This document shows positions 48,820 to 58,147 of a DNA stretch of 61,383 bases, in pieces. The notes beneath the pieces were generated by a model. That model did not search any database, was not told the origin of the DNA, and was given only the letters and a program-made list of their open reading frames with translations. The DNA comes from an uncultured archaeon (GTDB taxonomy: Archaea; Asgardarchaeota; Heimdallarchaeia; Heimdallarchaeales; Kariarchaeaceae), in the NCBI GenBank assembly GCA_964645535.1, contig CAZYCQ010000005.1:1-61383 (forward strand). The letters are read 5' to 3'. Numbering within the stretch: position 1 is the stretch's first letter; each line of letters opens with the position of its first letter. Both the position numbers and the translations under genes were made by a program.

Positions 48820-49270
48820 ACTTTTCCATTATTGCCCGGTTCACTGGATCTGAATTAATGAAATCAACAAACCTTGAAATGGTTGCAATAGTGTTTTTGG
48901 AAATGGCGTGTTCCATGCTACATGCATCCTCACTTGCAGTTTCCTCATCAATCCCAAGAAGGACTAAAAGATCCGCAATCACTTGATAGGCATCATTGAC
49001 CCGAGTTGCAATACTGATCCCTTTTTCAGTTAATTGTATTTTTCCTTGTTTCATGTATTTGACAAATCCCTGTTCCTCAAGCCTCCTCATTGCTTCTGTA
49101 GTGGAGCTTAAGCTTCTTCCCATCAATTCCGCGATTTCCGAAATCTTTGCATATTCCTTGTTTTCCGTCAACCAAAGTATCCTCTTGAGATAATTTTCTG
49201 TTGTTTCGGTCAAGGCTCTCTCACGGGGTTTGGGAAATGACAGGTGTACATGATCATCAGATGAAGCCAT
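48800..49270 (-). CDS. DtxR/MntR metal-dependent regulator
   Basis: TENYLKRI, an HTH, LTEKG and DACSMEHAIS motifs. Start moved to ATG 49270. Confidence 0.88.
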   Translation of the reverse strand: MASSDDHVHLSFPKPRERALTETTENYLKRILWLTENKEYAKISEIAELMGRSLSSTTEAMRRLEEQGFVKYMKQGKIQLTEKGISIATRVNDAYQVIADLLVLLGIDEETASEDACSMEHAISKNTIATISRFVDFINSDPVNRAIMEKFRSLTT

Positions 49271-49317
49271 TCTATAATTGAAAGCGCGACATTTCTTAAA
49301 ACTATTCCGATATCGAG

Positions 49318-50565
49318 TCAAATCACTCGATCAAATCCAGTTGCTCCAAGGGGTTTGGTTGCATCAAGCCCCCATTTGCATGTGATTGAATTGGTGGCGG
49401 AAGGATCAAGACTACTCCCTTTTGCTCCTGGAACAAGAACCATGTCCTTGTCTGGCTGAAACCTAGTTGCAATTGCCCATTCCACATCGACTGGATCAGT
49501 TGGATCGATGTCTTCATCAACGACTACTACACGTTTCAAGGACGGATGTGCCGCAAGTGCTGCAATGATCGCATTTTTGCCATCACCATCCGTTCTTTTC
49601 TTTATTTGGACTACTGCATGCAACCACGATCCTCCTCCTTCAGTCATTACCACATTGGTCACCGTCGGAACGGTGTTTTTGATGAGTTTTTTCATTCGCG
49701 GCTCCTGCGGAATTCCCATCAGAATTTTGTGTTCCTTCATCCCTGGAAGGATTGTCCTGAAAATCGGATTTTCCCGCATGTACAGATCCGTGATCTCCAC
49801 AAGCGGTTGCATTCTTACATGGTCTTGTGTACCCGTCAAGTCAACAAACGGTCCCTCTTCGACTTCTTCCCTGAGCATCTTTCCAACCATTACAATTTCC
49901 GTTTCTTTTGGTACTCCAATTCCATTTAGAATATACTCCTCTGCCCCTCCCATCAAATACGATGCGAATGCCATCTCATCAAGCCCTGGATAGGATGTTG
50001 CCGCCCCCAATTCAAAGGCTGGGTGAACACCAAGAAGAACCACGATATCCAAATGATCTGCCCCACGTTCAAGAGCCGTTGTGTAAAAACTATGTAGATG
50101 CCTTTGGGGTACTGGTCGGATTGCAAACCTGTTCTTCCCCAAATACATCATCCTATGGATGGATGCATTTCTTCTTCCTGTGTCTGGATCCAATGCAAGA
50201 ACAATTGATGCTGTCAGATATCTCTTTCCCCCAAAAAACTCCGGAATGGGGATGTAATTTGCGATATCTGGGTTTTCAATGTGTGTGTGCAGAAATGGTG
50301 CAGTTTCCACCTTTCGAAGGGGTAGGGGATTGTTGAATGCAGCTCCGACCGTGTCTGCAAGCTCTCCTGGGGTGACGCCTATGGACTTTGCTAAAAGTTC
50401 ACGGGTAGACACGATTCCTGCCGCAATTCTTGTCGTATGTCCTTCAACGTTTTCAAAGATAATCGGCTCCTCCTTGTGCTTGATTATCTCTTCGGTTACG
50501 GTGTCTTTCCAGGATACTTCCTTGGTGATGACATGATGTTTGATTGTCTCAAGGAACTCTCTCAT
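49318..50565 (-). CDS. UbiD-family decarboxylase, probably anhydromevalonate phosphate decarboxylase
   Basis: SIHRM, EGPFVDLTG, VVVVDEDID, VEWAIATR, GSSLDPS and GLDAT motifs; short 415-aa archaeal type. Confidence 0.85.
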   Translation of the reverse strand: MREFLETIKHHVITKEVSWKDTVTEEIIKHKEEPIIFENVEGHTTRIAAGIVSTRELLAKSIGVTPGELADTVGAAFNNPLPLRKVETAPFLHTHIENPDIANYIPIPEFFGGKRYLTASIVLALDPDTGRRNASIHRMMYLGKNRFAIRPVPQRHLHSFYTTALERGADHLDIVVLLGVHPAFELGAATSYPGLDEMAFASYLMGGAEEYILNGIGVPKETEIVMVGKMLREEVEEGPFVDLTGTQDHVRMQPLVEITDLYMRENPIFRTILPGMKEHKILMGIPQEPRMKKLIKNTVPTVTNVVMTEGGGSWLHAVVQIKKRTDGDGKNAIIAALAAHPSLKRVVVVDEDIDPTDPVDVEWAIATRFQPDKDMVLVPGAKGSSLDPSATNSITCKWGLDATKPLGATGFDRVI

Positions 50566-50606
50566 TTAACTGATTATCTCTACGCGCTTTAAAAATTTAC
50601 TATCTC

Positions 50607-51626
50607 CTACAACTTCTTTTTTCTCTTCCCTTTCTTCCTTTTCTTGGTCTTCTTTTCAATCTTCAATTTTGACCAGACAGTTGATTTCCATATCTTTTGA
50701 ATCGGGTATGTCATCAATAGAACCAATGGGAAAAAAAGGAAGCTTGGCCAATCAATTACTTCAAATCCATATGTGGGAAGAGGGGGTCGTGTCTCCCCCT
50801 GCAATCCTATTGCCAACAGAATGAAAAATGCACCATATCCTGTACTGATTAGGATCCCTTTACGAATTAAATCCTTCATGATCGCAGGCTTATCTCCAAT
50901 CCTAATGTAGCTTTTCGCTTCAAGCACTAAATCTTCCGGATACTGACTTAATGCCAGTAGGCTTCTGAAAGAAAGCCCAATTATGAAGGCTGCTGTATAA
51001 CTGGTCACCAAAATTAAAAGATTCATGAATGATGGGCCTGTAGGGATGAATGCAAACATATAGACCATAACAACAGTTGAAAGATTGAAAGAAAGAATTG
51101 CACTTTGTTTCGAGGAATAAAAATCTCCAGTAAAGAATTTGAGAAACATTGTCTTTGTGATGGCAATGTCCAAAGGTGACAGGAGATCATTTTTGAATGG
51201 CAAGTCTTCCAATATAAGTGCTGTTTCAAAACCTCTCGTCTTTTGATGTGTTTTCACATAATTAACCATGTCCTCATAGTTCCTTACAGGTGTAAAAATA
51301 TTGAAGGAGAGCCAATTCATCAGCAAGGCGAGATTGTAAAGGGAAGGATTCCCAAAAAGGTAGCCTAGGAAGATTGAAATCGAAAGAAGATGGACTAGGA
51401 GACTAAAAGCAAAAACCCTAGAATTGCTTCTCTTTTTCCAAATGTCCCTTACATATAGTATCACTAATAAGATGGCGATGATCATCCCGAATGGTGGAAA
51501 AAACGAAAATTGTGTGGGTCCGAATTTCCACACCAGCAAAACCAATATTGGTGAAAGGTTAAAAAACACTGCTGTTGCTTTTTCAACAAGGGTGGTGTGA
51601 CTCATCTCAGAAAATCTGACTGACAC
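50607..51626 (-). CDS. Hypothetical polytopic membrane protein
   Basis: About 8 TM segments and a basic C-terminal tail. Start overlaps the LRR gene stop. Confidence 0.65.
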   Translation of the reverse strand: MSVRFSEMSHTTLVEKATAVFFNLSPILVLLVWKFGPTQFSFFPPFGMIIAILLVILYVRDIWKKRSNSRVFAFSLLVHLLSISIFLGYLFGNPSLYNLALLMNWLSFNIFTPVRNYEDMVNYVKTHQKTRGFETALILEDLPFKNDLLSPLDIAITKTMFLKFFTGDFYSSKQSAILSFNLSTVVMVYMFAFIPTGPSFMNLLILVTSYTAAFIIGLSFRSLLALSQYPEDLVLEAKSYIRIGDKPAIMKDLIRKGILISTGYGAFFILLAIGLQGETRPPLPTYGFEVIDWPSFLFFPLVLLMTYPIQKIWKSTVWSKLKIEKKTKKRKKGKRKKKL

Positions 51627-52219
51627 TAATGATCACCCAATATTTCCTCAATTCTCTTAATAAACTCCCTTACACTGTTTTCGTCAATCGCAACCTTGTT
51701 CAAATCTGCCGGGAGTGCATTTCCTGATAAGTCCAATGTCCAAAGGTTCCTTAACCTGAAAAAGCTCTTGGGAAGTGATTTCAGCCTATTATCTGCTAAG
51801 TTCAGTTTTCGAAGATTGACCGTTCTTTGAAAGAATGTATTTGGAAGATTCTGTAATTCATTTCCTGAAAGATCTAGCGTTTGCAGATGGAGGGCATTCT
51901 TCAAGAGACCATCTGGAAGATCTGAAATCTGGTTATTCCTCAGAAAAAGTTCTCTGAGCTTCTTGTTTTTCACAAATGCCTCTGATGACAGTGATGTCAA
52001 CTGATTTCCACTTAGGTTGATTGCAAAGAGATGAGGGAACCTCCAAAAGAATTCGGGAGGAAGAATCTTGAGTTCCAAATTCGATAGATCTATGCTATTT
52101 AATTCCAAAAATGGACTGATGATTGTCTGTTCTCTCTCAAGAATCTCAGAATATCGGTCTTTCAGTCCAATGCTTTCCAACGCTTCTTTTAGAATTTCCC
52201 TTTCATCGATTGTTTCCAT
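51626..52219 (-). CDS. Leucine-rich repeat protein
   Basis: 5-6 repeats of LxxLxLxxNxLxxLPxxxF, mostly 24 aa. Confidence 0.9.
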   Translation of the reverse strand: METIDEREILKEALESIGLKDRYSEILEREQTIISPFLELNSIDLSNLELKILPPEFFWRFPHLFAINLSGNQLTSLSSEAFVKNKKLRELFLRNNQISDLPDGLLKNALHLQTLDLSGNELQNLPNTFFQRTVNLRKLNLADNRLKSLPKSFFRLRNLWTLDLSGNALPADLNKVAIDENSVREFIKRIEEILGDH

Positions 52220-52264
52220 TTGATTTAGCTAGGGATTTTCTCTAGAAAAATTGTTCTCTAGGGT

Positions 52265-53116
52265 TCAAAATCCTACAATTTCTCTCAATGCTTTGAAATC
52301 CGTTTCATGGTTCCCTCTCTCATCTATAGGTGTCTCCAAAATAACTGGAACATCAAGGGTTGCAACTCTTTTGTTTGTGAAAAAGGCTCTGAATCCCTCT
52401 TTCCCAATATGGCCCTGTCCAATATGCTCATGTCTGTCTTTTCCGGAATTAAGATCAAATTTGCTATCATTACAATGGATTACATTTAGTCTAACCAACC
52501 CAATCGCATCATCAAAGGCTTCTATTGTGTTCTCTACAGTCTCAGGTGTTCTTATGTCATAACCTGCTGCAAAGACGTGGGCTGTGTCAAAACATACTCC
52601 CAACTGCTTGTTGTCATTAACCCCCTCAATTATTTTTCCGATCTCCTCAAAACGGCTTCCTGTACTGTTTTTTGTTCCTGCCATTGTTTCAAGACAAATT
52701 TTCACTCCAGTTTTGTCAAGCTGTTCTTGCACCTTTTCCAAATGGGAAATTACATTCTTGATTCCATTTTCCACTCCTTTTCCCTTGTGTGAACCAATAT
52801 GAATCACCAAATAGGGAATACCCAAAGAATCGCATCTAAGAATTTCTTCTCGCAGTGAATGGTGTGATTTTTCATAGATGGCTGGGTCATCCGTAGAAAA
52901 ATTCGGGAGATAGGGAAGGTGAACTACCGGTTTATGTAGCTTCAATTCGTTCACTGCACTTCTAAACTTTTCCACCAGTTTTTCATCAAGAGGTTTGGAT
53001 TTCCAGATCCGGGACGACCTTGTGAAAATTTGCAGCGTGGTGCATCCCATTTCCCTTGCCTTTTCCGCAGCAATATGGAATCCTCCCTTTATGGAGAAAT
53101 GTGCTCCGAAATACAT
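52265..53116 (-). CDS. nfo: Endonuclease IV
   Basis: GAH, HLPY, HIGS, LETMAG, CFDTAH, HCNDSK, DRHEHIG and ILETP motifs. Confidence 0.95.
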   Translation of the reverse strand: MYFGAHFSIKGGFHIAAEKAREMGCTTLQIFTRSSRIWKSKPLDEKLVEKFRSAVNELKLHKPVVHLPYLPNFSTDDPAIYEKSHHSLREEILRCDSLGIPYLVIHIGSHKGKGVENGIKNVISHLEKVQEQLDKTGVKICLETMAGTKNSTGSRFEEIGKIIEGVNDNKQLGVCFDTAHVFAAGYDIRTPETVENTIEAFDDAIGLVRLNVIHCNDSKFDLNSGKDRHEHIGQGHIGKEGFRAFFTNKRVATLDVPVILETPIDERGNHETDFKALREIVGF

Positions 53117-53128
53117 CTTCCTTTCAAT

Positions 53129-53635
53129 CTACTGTTCCCTTAAAAACTTCTCTTTGAGCCTCTGATAGACTTCTTGAAGAATCCCAATGCTTTCCCCCTT
53201 CTCTCCGAGAACATATTGAACATTAGAGCAGACACTTTGGGGATGTACTCTCACCTCAACCAGAAAATCATCAAGAACCTCATAACTGAAAGGATACATC
53301 TGACAGGCAAAGGGCTTGTATTCGTGGATTTTGCAATAGTTCTTTTCATCTAGGAATACACAGTCTCTCGTAAACGGCTTTTTCTTTAAAATGAATGCTT
53401 TAATTCTCGCTCCTTTCGTCTTTCCTGGTAGGGAGACTGGCGTCAATGAAACCAAGAACTGATCTAGTTCCCACCCATGGTCTTGTATTCTCAGTACTTC
53501 ATCCTCCGTAACTGGAATTTCATTCTCCCTACAGCAATCTCCGCTATTTCTGCATGTAAACTTTATTCCATTAATGACTTTGAATTCGCCATTCCTCATA
53601 TCTATGGTTCCAACTGGGAGATTCTGGTTTTTCAA
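53129..53635 (-). CDS. YkgJ/UPF0153 cysteine-cluster protein
   Basis: CRNSGDCC, CVFL and CKIHEYKPFACQMYPF motifs. Confidence 0.85.
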   Translation of the reverse strand: MKNQNLPVGTIDMRNGEFKVINGIKFTCRNSGDCCRENEIPVTEDEVLRIQDHGWELDQFLVSLTPVSLPGKTKGARIKAFILKKKPFTRDCVFLDEKNYCKIHEYKPFACQMYPFSYEVLDDFLVEVRVHPQSVCSNVQYVLGEKGESIGILQEVYQRLKEKFLREQ

Positions 53636-53734
53636 CTGATATGGCTAGTATTTCTCTCCATATTAACATAGAGATTTGTTCTTTTAATTCCGCAGAAGGA
53701 TAACCCTTTTCTTTCCTATCCTGAAATTTGAGTT

Positions 53735-55348
53735 ATGGTCTCTGCCGCAACAAATGTGCGCAACTCAGATATTCTGGTTATAGGCTCTGGAATATCTGCC
53801 TTGATCTTCTCCTTGAAGGTTCGTGAATTAAGCCCTTATTCCATTAACATCGTCACCAAGCGTGAGGTCGCGGAAAGCAATACTCGATACGCACAGGGTG
53901 GTATTGCAGCAGTACTTGATCCAAAGGATGATTTCCAAGGGCATATCCAAGATACTTTGATTGCGGGAGATGGGCTATGTCATCGTGATGTGGTCGAAGA
54001 AGTTGTGAAAAAAGGTCCTAGCATTGTTTCCAAGTTAATTCAGTTTGGGGTTCCTTTTGATAGGGACGAAAATGGAATTGCATTGGGAAGGGAAGGGGGG
54101 CATCATCATCGGCGAATCGCCCATGTACGCGATTTTACTGGTAAGGCAATTGAAGAGGCATTGGTAAAACAAGTGCAGGGACTAGATGACGTGATGATTT
54201 ATGAGAACCACACTGCCATTGATCTTGCCATTGTCGATGGTAGAATTGCAGGTGCGTATGTGCTTGACAACCTGTCTTGTGAAGTATATAATTTCCAAGC
54301 AAAATATACCGTGATTGCCACAGGAGGCGCTGGAAAAGTTTTCCTCTATACCAGTAACCCTGATATCGCTTCTGGAGACGGCATTGCCATGGCATATCGG
54401 GCAGGAGCAACCATCCGAAACATGGAGTTCACTCAATTCCATCCTACATGTCTTTATCATCCTTATGCCAAATCTTTCCTGATTACAGAAGCCTTAAGGG
54501 GAGAAGGTGCCATTCTCAAGACCATTGGTGGAAGGCGATTTATGGTGGACTATCATGAGATGGCTGAGCTCGCGCCGCGTGACGTGATAGCATTGGCAAT
54601 TGATCAGGAAATGAAACGGACTGGTGATGACTACGTCCTATTAGATATTTCATTTAAGGATCCAGAATTCATTGTTGACCGATTTCCGCATGTTCATTCA
54701 ACCCTCCTGAAATACGGAATTGACATGACAAAAGAACCGATCCCTGTTGTTCCTGCCGCACATTATACCATTGGTGGTGTCAAAGCAAATCTCCGTGGTG
54801 AAACTGATCTCCCCCATCTTTATGTCATTGGGGAGGCTGCAAATACTGGACTCCATGGTGCCAACCGTCTTGCAAGTAATTCTCTTCTCGAAGGTGCAGT
54901 CATGGGTGAAAATGCAGCTACCCAAATTGTGGAAAAATTGGATTCAAATGTTTCCCTTCTATCATTCCCCCCATGGGTCACTGGCGATGCTGTGGAAAGT
55001 GATGAAGGTGTCATTGTAACTCATGCTTGGGACGAAATCCGAAGGGCAATGTGGAACTATGTTGGTGTTGAACGCACTACAAAACGTCTACTGAGGGCAA
55101 AAAAACGTCTTGAACTGATCCGATACGAAATTGAGGAATATTATTGGAATTATCAGGTGACCCAGCCCCTCCTTGAACTACGAAATCTGTTGGATAATGC
55201 TCAAATGACCGTGGATTCTGCTATTTTCAGAAAAGAAAGTCGGGGGGCGCATTTTACAAAGGACTATCCCTATCCCGGACCAGTTCCAAGAGACACGCTT
55301 CTCCAAAAAAAATTAGGGGTCTTCCCATCTTCTCCCATCACGGATTAA
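53735..55348 (+). CDS. nadB: L-aspartate oxidase
   Basis: YAQGGIAAV, REGGH, QFHPT, TEALRGEG, HYTIGG, HGANRLASNSLLE and ESRGAH motifs. Confidence 0.95.
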   Translation: MVSAATNVRNSDILVIGSGISALIFSLKVRELSPYSINIVTKREVAESNTRYAQGGIAAVLDPKDDFQGHIQDTLIAGDGLCHRDVVEEVVKKGPSIVSKLIQFGVPFDRDENGIALGREGGHHHRRIAHVRDFTGKAIEEALVKQVQGLDDVMIYENHTAIDLAIVDGRIAGAYVLDNLSCEVYNFQAKYTVIATGGAGKVFLYTSNPDIASGDGIAMAYRAGATIRNMEFTQFHPTCLYHPYAKSFLITEALRGEGAILKTIGGRRFMVDYHEMAELAPRDVIALAIDQEMKRTGDDYVLLDISFKDPEFIVDRFPHVHSTLLKYGIDMTKEPIPVVPAAHYTIGGVKANLRGETDLPHLYVIGEAANTGLHGANRLASNSLLEGAVMGENAATQIVEKLDSNVSLLSFPPWVTGDAVESDEGVIVTHAWDEIRRAMWNYVGVERTTKRLLRAKKRLELIRYEIEEYYWNYQVTQPLLELRNLLDNAQMTVDSAIFRKESRGAHFTKDYPYPGPVPRDTLLQKKLGVFPSSPITD

Positions 55349-56307
55349 ATTTGGACTGTCTCATAGTTCCCGTTTTCAGGTAATGTGACACTTTCCCGAT
55401 ATCGAATAACCCCTTCAATCTGCGTATTTTCGTCAATGATGATCCGATCGCCAATGACATCGCCTTTCACATGTGCATATGATAGCTGTATCTCTTCCCC
55501 TTCAATGGTCTCTTCAATCTCAAACACTCTTGGCTCCCCATAATGCCTTGAACGGAAAACGGCTGTTGCAATAACATCGGTGAGATATCGGGCCAATTCG
55601 GCAAAATTATTGATTTCATCAACCTTGATTTTTCCTTTTGATTCATAAGAGCGTAAGGAATATTCTTCTCCCACAACAATTCTTCTTCCCTTGATGAATT
55701 TGGCTTGTCCACCTCCTGCCTTGGAAATGAATTCTTCCGCGACAATTCCTTCATAGATCTCAATGGGGCCTGAAGCAATGATTTTTCCAGTTGAGGAAAG
55801 GGATTGGGCTTTCATCTTTCCAGCAATCTTCAGTATCTCTCCAGAAACCACTTCTCCTTGAGTGCTCACTTTTCCTGATATTCGTGCTTCACTACCAAAA
55901 ACGACATTATTTTTTGCCTCCAATTTCCCAGATATCTTGGTAGCCCCAAGAAAAACTGCCTTGCCAATGACATTGGCCTTTCCATTGATTTTCGTATCTC
56001 CTTTCACTTCAATTCCTTGCTCAAAATCTGCCTTTCCATTGATATTCAATGAATTTGTAACCAATGGTCCAGTTGATCGTAACTTCCCATTAATATGGGT
56101 TGATCCTTTATTCACTCCTCCTGGGATTGTCTTTGCACCATTTACTACAATTTTATCATATACCTTTTCTGAGGGGTCATTTTCTCCAGCAGTCTCGTCT
56201 TCAAGTGCCCCGATTTTCTCAAGACCCTTTAATAATTGCTCATACTCTTCTTGCGTGATTTCTCCCGCCTCCAGCTTTTCTCGTAATCTTTCTAGTACGT
56301 TTGGCAT
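55345..56307 (-). CDS. Polymer-forming (bactofilin-like) beta-helix protein with N-terminal SHOCT domain
   Basis: N-terminal LERLREKLEAGEITQEEYE, about 18-aa 'I(N/S)GK' repeats and C-terminal 'VKGDVIG..IEGVIRY'. Confidence 0.7.
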   Translation of the reverse strand: MPNVLERLREKLEAGEITQEEYEQLLKGLEKIGALEDETAGENDPSEKVYDKIVVNGAKTIPGGVNKGSTHINGKLRSTGPLVTNSLNINGKADFEQGIEVKGDTKINGKANVIGKAVFLGATKISGKLEAKNNVVFGSEARISGKVSTQGEVVSGEILKIAGKMKAQSLSSTGKIIASGPIEIYEGIVAEEFISKAGGGQAKFIKGRRIVVGEEYSLRSYESKGKIKVDEINNFAELARYLTDVIATAVFRSRHYGEPRVFEIEETIEGEEIQLSYAHVKGDVIGDRIIIDENTQIEGVIRYRESVTLPENGNYETVQI

Positions 56308-56425
56308 GAGGTATTTTTCTATCCAGAAATAATAAAGAAGAGGAAAACCAGAACTGTAACCTTTCTATCCTGCGGTTATATGTTTCACCTCAAAGTTAAA
56401 GAAGGTTCTCCTTTATTATGGAACA

Positions 56426-58147
56426 ATGGATATTCGATCCATATATCGAAGAATTCTTTCTAAGGAAGATCCACCTGAGGGATATGAATATCAAATCCGC
56501 TTTTGGTTTCCTTTTGCAATGGTTGTGGGATTGGTAGTTGGGAGTGTAATGGCTGGCTTCCACATTTTTATTGTTAGCTATGGTCTCCTTTTCCCGTCTT
56601 TTCATCCTCTTGCAATTGCTGCCATTGGAGGAATAGCTATCATTGGACTTGTGATCCTGAAAATTGAACGGCCTGATCAAAATGGCATCTCCTATGTGAT
56701 CCGTCAGAAACATCAGGGTGAAGAGGTTCCATTTGAAGTTGGAAAGAAGAAATTGCTGAGTTCTGGTATTGGGTTGGGAAGTGGCCTTCCAATGGGACGG
56801 GAAGGTCCGGCATTAATCATTGGAAGTGCATTAACCTCTCTTTTATCCAAATGGATGAATGTTTCCCCCGATCTAAGGACACGTGCCATTACTTTAGGGG
56901 CAGCCGCTTCGACAGGTGCTCTTTTCCAAGCACCATTCGGATCCGCTGTGTTTGCAGCTGAAGTTCCCTACAAAGAGGATTCTGATGAACCAATGATGAT
57001 GGGTGCGTTTCTTTCCTCAGTTTCTGCTGCTGTCACTGCCAAGACTCTCATCGCGATCTATAGTTCTTTTTTTTACCCTGTCCCCTTTTCCGTCTTCGTT
57101 GTCCCCGAAATCCCTTCATTACCTGTCAATATCCCTACTGCCGTTTTGGCTTTGGTATTCGGAGGTGCCGTTGGAATCATTGGGCGTTTTTTCATTTGGT
57201 TCTATTATAGGTATAGTGATGGGATGCAGAAGTTCCCGGTTTTGATAAGGATGACTCTGGGACTTTTACTCAGTCTTCTAACTCTTGGTATCGGTGTTTT
57301 CATCTTCCAAGATTCCTTCTTCATCCCCCACCTCTCTTTCTATTCCCAAATCACTTTTTTCATAACCAATGCCTCTCCACGACTGATGTGGACTATGGTT
57401 TCCCTTCTTTTCCTCCAAATGATTGCAACAACTGCTGTCATTGGGGTTGGATTTCCGGGAGGTATTTTTGGACCTTCATTGACTGTGGGTGGATTGGCAG
57501 GAATCATATTTGGACTGCTTGTAACTCCTCACTCGGTCTCTCTGATTGCGGCTTGGGCCATTGTTGGAATGAGTGCATCCCATACTGCAACTACGAAAAC
57601 CCCCATTGCTTCAGTTCTTCTAATCCTTGAAATAACTGGACTTCCCTTGCTTGTCATTCCCATTGTATTGGCTAACCTCTCTTCATATGCCTTTTCAGGA
57701 TCGGATTCACTTTATCGTGGACAATTAACCACTCGGACAATGAAGATCATGGCTGAGCTTTCCAAATTTGATCATAAGGAATTCTTCAAAATTGAAGAGG
57801 TGATGACTCCTCGAGGAAAGGTTGTTTATGTATCAATTGATCAAACGATAGGGGACGTCCTTCCCAAATTACGGAAATCAGGAAAACGTGATTTTCCGAT
57901 CCTCCAAGGTGATCGAGTTGTGGGAATGCTACATCTTGAGAATCTTGATCATGCGTCCCCCAACGATCCTATCAAAAAATATATGGAAAAACCTACGTTT
58001 GTCTCTCCACAAATGAGTGGAAAGGCTGCAATCTATCATATGCTTGAAGCGGATGTTGAACGATCTCCTGTCGTTGATGATGAAGGGCATTTGCAAGGTA
58101 TCGTGAGCATAAGGGACATCGTCCGCGGTGTTGAAAGAAATATCTAA
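56426..58147 (+). CDS. ClC chloride channel/antiporter with CBS pair
   Basis: GREGP, FQAPFGSAVFAAE and GGIFGP motifs, plus two C-terminal CBS domains. Confidence 0.92.
   Translation: MDIRSIYRRILSKEDPPEGYEYQIRFWFPFAMVVGLVVGSVMAGFHIFIVSYGLLFPSFHPLAIAAIGGIAIIGLVILKIERPDQNGISYVIRQKHQGEEVPFEVGKKKLLSSGIGLGSGLPMGREGPALIIGSALTSLLSKWMNVSPDLRTRAITLGAAASTGALFQAPFGSAVFAAEVPYKEDSDEPMMMGAFLSSVSAAVTAKTLIAIYSSFFYPVPFSVFVVPEIPSLPVNIPTAVLALVFGGAVGIIGRFFIWFYYRYSDGMQKFPVLIRMTLGLLLSLLTLGIGVFIFQDSFFIPHLSFYSQITFFITNASPRLMWTMVSLLFLQMIATTAVIGVGFPGGIFGPSLTVGGLAGIIFGLLVTPHSVSLIAAWAIVGMSASHTATTKTPIASVLLILEITGLPLLVIPIVLANLSSYAFSGSDSLYRGQLTTRTMKIMAELSKFDHKEFFKIEEVMTPRGKVVYVSIDQTIGDVLPKLRKSGKRDFPILQGDRVVGMLHLENLDHASPNDPIKKYMEKPTFVSPQMSGKAAIYHMLEADVERSPVVDDEGHLQGIVSIRDIVRGVERNI

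Noticed and set aside
56426-58147. Possible fluoride-specific CLC (GSGIP replaced by QNGIS)
   Set aside because: It has GREGP and GGIFGP rather than the CLC-F motifs GREGT and GEVTP.
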